Source: Chitinophagales bacterium
Lineage (GTDB): Bacteria > Bacteroidota > Bacteroidia > Chitinophagales > UBA10324
NCBI GenBank assembly: GCA_044227805.1
Contig: JBGAWA010000004.1
Location: forward strand, 13,161-77,160
Length of the DNA stretch: 64,000 bases
Direction of reading: 5' to 3'
A program made the translations under genes and the position numbers. This document shows, piece after piece, positions 58,644-64,000 of this stretch (the first letter of the stretch is position 1; each line of letters starts with the position of its first letter). Below the pieces are notes generated by a model. The model had not been told where the DNA came from and did not search any database. It saw only the letters and a list, made by a program, of their open reading frames with translations.

Positions 58644-59414
58644 TTATTCTTCCAAAAAAGCGGTTAGCGGACTGCTGGCCGCTGCAAATGAAGCGACAGC
58701 GCCAAGCTTTGATTCAAAGGCAAGTCGTCCTGCTTCTACCGCCCATTTAAAAGCCATGGCCATACTCACCGGATCTTCTGCCACCGCGATCGCTGTATTG
58801 ACCAATACAGCATCCGCTCCCATTTCCAGCGCAGCGGCCGCATGAGAAGGGGCGCCAATACCTGCATCAATGATAACCGGGACATTACTCTCGCGAATAA
58901 TAATTTCCAGCATATCCCGTGTCTGCAGTCCTTTGTTCGAACCAATAGGAGCGCCCAGTGGCATCACCGCCGCTGTCCCGACTTCTTCCAGCCGCTTGCA
59001 GAGAACAGCGTCGGCATTGATGTACGGTAATACGATGAATCCTGCCTTCACCAGTGCCTCAGCCGCAATGAATGTTTCCACAGGATCTGGGAAAAGATAG
59101 CGAGGATCAGGATGAATCTCCAGCTTAAGCCAGTTTGTTTCCAGTGCTTCCCTGCCAAGTTGTGCAGCCAGTATAGCTTCCCTCGCATTTCTTGCTCCGC
59201 TGGTATTTGGCAAAAGCTGAATAGGTAGCGTTTTCAAATATTGTCCCATGTCATCTTCCTTCTTTGAAATATCTACCCGCTTCAATGCAACCGTTACCAT
59301 TTGCGTGCCCGAAGCTTCAATGGCTTGCTTCATCAGCTGCAGGGAACTGAACTTGCCGCTACCCAGGAGCAACCGTGATGAAAACCGCCGGCCGGCGATA
59401 ACGAGGTCTTTCAT
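58644..59414 (-). CDS. thiG: thiazole synthase
   Basis: Starts [22 protein letters not shown] and contains [14 protein letters not shown] and VIIDAGIG motifs. Its start overlaps the thiE stop (ATGA). Confidence 0.92.
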   Translation of the reverse strand: MKDLVIAGRRFSSRLLLGSGKFSSLQLMKQAIEASGTQMVTVALKRVDISKKEDDMGQYLKTLPIQLLPNTSGARNAREAILAAQLGREALETNWLKLEIHPDPRYLFPDPVETFIAAEALVKAGFIVLPYINADAVLCKRLEEVGTAAVMPLGAPIGSNKGLQTRDMLEIIIRESNVPVIIDAGIGAPSHAAAALEMGADAVLVNTAIAVAEDPVSMAMAFKWAVEAGRLAFESKLGAVASFAAASSPLTAFLEE

Positions 59415-60076
59415 ATATTCATTTTTTCTCTTTCTGAAACCGTTGTTGCTACTTCCGCAAGAAATTTTGCGGCTGCCTCTTGCGGGTGCTGCGCTTTATT
59501 TATTGCGCTTGAAACAGCAATACCATGGACACCAGCATTCATCAGCTGCTTCACATCCGTCAACTGAATACCACCGATCACAATCACCGGCAAATAAAAC
59601 GAGTGCTCCTGCTTGAGTTGCATAATATCAAGTATACCCTCCAATCCCAACACCTCATCCAGCTTCTCCTTGGTTTCGGTGAACCGGAATGGTCCAAGTC
59701 CGGCATAATGAATTCTTGCATCGTTTAAGCTCCATAATTCATCCCATGAGTGGGCAGATACGCCTATGATGGCATCTTCTCCCACCATCTTCACGGCCTC
59801 TGACCAATGCATGTCTGATTGTCCAAGGTGAACACCATCGGCGCCGCATTGCTTTGCGATCTCCGCATCATCGTTGATGATGAGTGTTGCGTCAAAGTGA
59901 CGGGTGATGGCACACACTTCCCTCGCTGTCTGCAGCCATTCTTCCCATGATTTATTTTTCACGCGCAATTGCACCCATTTCACTCCAGCCTCGCAGGCCA
60001 TTTTAGCTTGCGCCGCATGAGAAAAACCGGGCAGGTCTTGTGTAAGGTAATGGAAGGATGAAACAGGATTATGCAT
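59411..60076 (-). CDS. thiE: thiamine-phosphate synthase
   Basis: Motifs: [25 protein letters not shown] and IGGI. The ATG at 60076 overlaps the thiD stop. Confidence 0.85.
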   Translation of the reverse strand: MHNPVSSFHYLTQDLPGFSHAAQAKMACEAGVKWVQLRVKNKSWEEWLQTAREVCAITRHFDATLIINDDAEIAKQCGADGVHLGQSDMHWSEAVKMVGEDAIIGVSAHSWDELWSLNDARIHYAGLGPFRFTETKEKLDEVLGLEGILDIMQLKQEHSFYLPVIVIGGIQLTDVKQLMNAGVHGIAVSSAINKAQHPQEAAAKFLAEVATTVSEREKMNI

Positions 60077-60845
60077 GATGAAAAGGTAATTTGATCGAGT
60101 GATGCTCGCCCAGCAAATCATTGGCACTTTTCAAAAATTCAAAGGTATAGGACTTAGCCCATCCGCAACTGTTCTTCATATCATTGCCCTGCGCAAGCAA
60201 TGCGGTGATGGCAGCTGATAAAACACAACCGGAACCATGCTTCTTAAACCCATTCAAGGGCGGCGAATCAAAATTCCATCGCTGATCACCTTGCAGTAAC
60301 ACATCCATGATACTACCATCCGCAGCCTGATAACTTTTAAGGAAGATATTCGTGAACGTCTGTAAGGAAAGTGCTGCAGCCATTGCATCGTCCCTTCCTG
60401 TCCATGCTTTTGCCTCTTCCGCATTGGGTGTGATGAGATACACCAGCCTGCAGCATGCTGTAAATTCTTTTACATTATCACCCGGATGAAACTCAAATCC
60501 CGTTGAAGTCTTCCTGACAGGATCCCAGATTGCTTTCACCTTCGGAAAATGATTACTCAGGAAGAGCAGTATTTCATGCAGCTTGCTGAGACTTTCCACG
60601 ATGCCTATCTTGATATATTCAACGTCATATTTTTCCAGCAACAGGTGCAGTTGCCTGACAATCTGTTCCGTGGTAATCCATTGCACATGGTGAAACCGGT
60701 CTTCCAGCTGTATGGTAAGTGCGCTGCAAACACCTAATCCATACACTCCTAATTGTTCAAATGTTTTAATGTCGGCAAGGATACCCGCACCGGCAGATGG
60801 ATCGAATCCGGCAAGGCTGATTACATAGTGGCGATGCTGTTGCAT
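60069..60845 (-). CDS. thiD: hydroxymethylpyrimidine/phosphomethylpyrimidine kinase
   Basis: Contains SLAGFDPSAGAGILADIKTF and a C-terminal HGSGC motif. Confidence 0.9.
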   Translation of the reverse strand: MQQHRHYVISLAGFDPSAGAGILADIKTFEQLGVYGLGVCSALTIQLEDRFHHVQWITTEQIVRQLHLLLEKYDVEYIKIGIVESLSKLHEILLFLSNHFPKVKAIWDPVRKTSTGFEFHPGDNVKEFTACCRLVYLITPNAEEAKAWTGRDDAMAAALSLQTFTNIFLKSYQAADGSIMDVLLQGDQRWNFDSPPLNGFKKHGSGCVLSAAITALLAQGNDMKNSCGWAKSYTFEFLKSANDLLGEHHSIKLPFHHA

Positions 60846-61450
60846 AGTTGGAGTACCCTTTTAAATTTTTCCACCGGATCATCTGACTTCCAAATGCTAC
60901 CCAGCAAAGCGACGCCATAAAACCCTATCCCGGCCGCCTTTTCAATCCGATCTTCATCAACCCCTCCCAAAGCAAATACTCTATAGTCTGATTTCCTGAT
61001 CACCTTCTCTAACGAATCTTCATGAAACGTGCTACGATAACCAATTTTCGAGATGCTGTCGAAAACAGGGCTTAGGAAGACGTATGCATAGTCGGAGTGC
61101 TCTGCTCTTAGCGCTCCAAGTGTATGAAAACCCGCTGTAACTTCGAGCTGCGGCCTCCGGAACTTGAGGTATTTCATGAGCAGCCATGTATGCCAGTAGT
61201 TTCTTTTACGGTGATGCTCTGTAACATGAATGCCGGCCAGTTGGTAGGATACGCTGAGCTCATGATGGGAGTGAATCACGATCCGGTCAAGGTATTCTTC
61301 CGGAACCTTGTCCAGCAACTTTCGCAGTTTGTTAGTAGAAAATCTCGGCTTACGCAGGTGGTACCTCTCCAGACCGGCTTTAAAAAGACCAGTCATGATA
61401 TTCACCTCATCAACTACTTCTTCAGGATTGGAAATCACCACTACTTTCAT
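60821..61450 (-). CDS. ThiE/TenI-family protein (second thiamine-phosphate-synthase-like paralog)
   Basis: 209 aa with YHLRKP, GIHV, VFLSPVFDS and ALGG motifs of the TMP-synthase fold, but clearly distinct from the 59411-60076 copy. Confidence 0.75.
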   Translation of the reverse strand: MKVVVISNPEEVVDEVNIMTGLFKAGLERYHLRKPRFSTNKLRKLLDKVPEEYLDRIVIHSHHELSVSYQLAGIHVTEHHRKRNYWHTWLLMKYLKFRRPQLEVTAGFHTLGALRAEHSDYAYVFLSPVFDSISKIGYRSTFHEDSLEKVIRKSDYRVFALGGVDEDRIEKAAGIGFYGVALLGSIWKSDDPVEKFKRVLQLCNSIATM

Positions 61451-61517
61451 TACTGCAAAATATTTTTTCTGGCTTCGGCTGGCTGATTATTTCTTCAGCC
61501 GGTAATAAATTCAACGA

Positions 61518-63404
<1,887 letters not shown>

Positions 63405-63466
63405 TCATTTTTTGTTGTTTACAATTAATATAAGTAAAGCGGTTAGCGATCATACAGGTCGTAAAT

Positions 63467-63670
63467 TTATCCTCCCTGTGCTGCTTCAATAATGATCACT
63501 TCATCATTTTCATGGAGTTCATATTGCGACCAGTCCTTCCGTTGAATGACGGTTGCATTCACGGCAACAGCCACTCCGCCTTTCTGATCAATCAAAAGTT
63601 CTTTCAGCAAAACATACAACTGACTTCCCTGTTTAAGTTCCCGCCAGTTACCGTTGATTTTAATTTTCAT
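63467..63670 (-). CDS. thiS: sulfur-carrier protein ThiS
   Basis: 67 aa ending in GG (IIIEAAQGG). It is the first gene of the thi operon. Confidence 0.85.
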   Translation of the reverse strand: MKIKINGNWRELKQGSQLYVLLKELLIDQKGGVAVAVNATVIQRKDWSQYELHENDEVIIIEAAQGG

Positions 63671-63937
63671 GACTGCATTTTTTAACCAGCGGCCAGACTA
63701 CAAGTCATTCAGGCAGCTGATACGAACATGAAACACTTCCTCTGCGAAAGCCACATCTTGCCTTTTAATTCAGCAACAGGGGTAATGCCGATGCAGAACA
63801 GATCATGGTTGGTGAATCATTTTCCAAACTGATAAAAATGAGTAACCGCACGGCAGATCTGATCCTCAGTCATACAGATGTTTCTTTTGAAAAATTTGTT
63901 TTAAAAGCAAATGCCAAGAAAACCAAAGGGCGGGATC

Positions 63938-64000
63938 ATTGTAACTTTTCCCTTCGCAGGAATTACCCTGATCAGGTGTTAAGGGTTTGGTCTCAGCCCC
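63938..64000 (-). promoter_or_regulatory. TPP (THI-box) riboswitch aptamer, 5' part cut by the window edge
   Basis: The minus strand reads GGGGCTGAGACCAAACCCTTAACACCTGATCAGGGTAATTCCTGCGAAGGGAA. This contains the conserved CUGAGA, ACCUGAUC..G.UAAU.CC.GCG.AGGGA core upstream of thiS. Confidence 0.85.

Overview
This 64-kb window looks like ordinary chromosome from a Bacteroidota bacterium. The evidence is a SusC/SusD pair, four proteins with T9SS C-terminal sorting domains, many SpII lipoboxes and TAnnTTTG -7 boxes. I cannot support a finer taxonomic call. Gene content, left to right:

- **1-4.7 kb:** the end of a surface-polysaccharide locus (GT4, GT4, GT2, DegT-type aminotransferase, small initiating sugar transferase).
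- **4.9-9.2 kb:** a frameshifted DUF3052 gene, a DUF2807 lipoprotein, a histidine kinase/OmpR-type regulator pair and a DUF1573 protein.
- **9.4-14.8 kb:** a 1811-aa beta-helix T9SS cargo protein.
- **15-42 kb:** a large glycan-utilisation region mixing alpha-glucan genes (three GH13, one GH31) with beta-galactan and Leloir genes (SusC/SusD, two GH53, GH2, galM, galK, galT, a Na+/sugar symporter).
- **42-57 kb:** tRNA-Arg(CCG), a disrupted MBL-hydrolase gene, peptidase S51, DUF4468, gyrB, a PepSY-like protein, a WbaP-like transferase operon, mtaB, lgt and DUF3089.
- **57-64 kb:** a minus-strand thiamine operon (thiS-thiC-thiE/tenI-like-thiD-thiE-thiG-thiH, then a rhodanese gene). A TPP riboswitch precedes it and is cut by the window edge.

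I found no CRISPR array, cas genes, transposase, integrase, phage genes or recognisable defence or toxin system, so I cannot point to a novel protein-based system.

The most unusual signal is non-coding. It is a dispersed, highly structured intergenic repeat of about 162 nt, with 66-76 nt deleted forms and about 36 nt hairpin-only forms, at 11 sites. It sits almost always just downstream of, and co-oriented with, a gene's stop codon. One diverged copy keeps its long hairpin through compensatory substitutions.

Secondary observations:
- The mixed PUL has no local regulator.
- The amylases are T9SS-routed.
- There are several reading-frame problems: DUF3052, the MBL gene (including a 7-8 nt unit repeated three times) and the galM start.
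- The thi operon lacks thiF but has an appended rhodanese gene.

All calls come from reading the sequence and the ORF translations. No database search was run.
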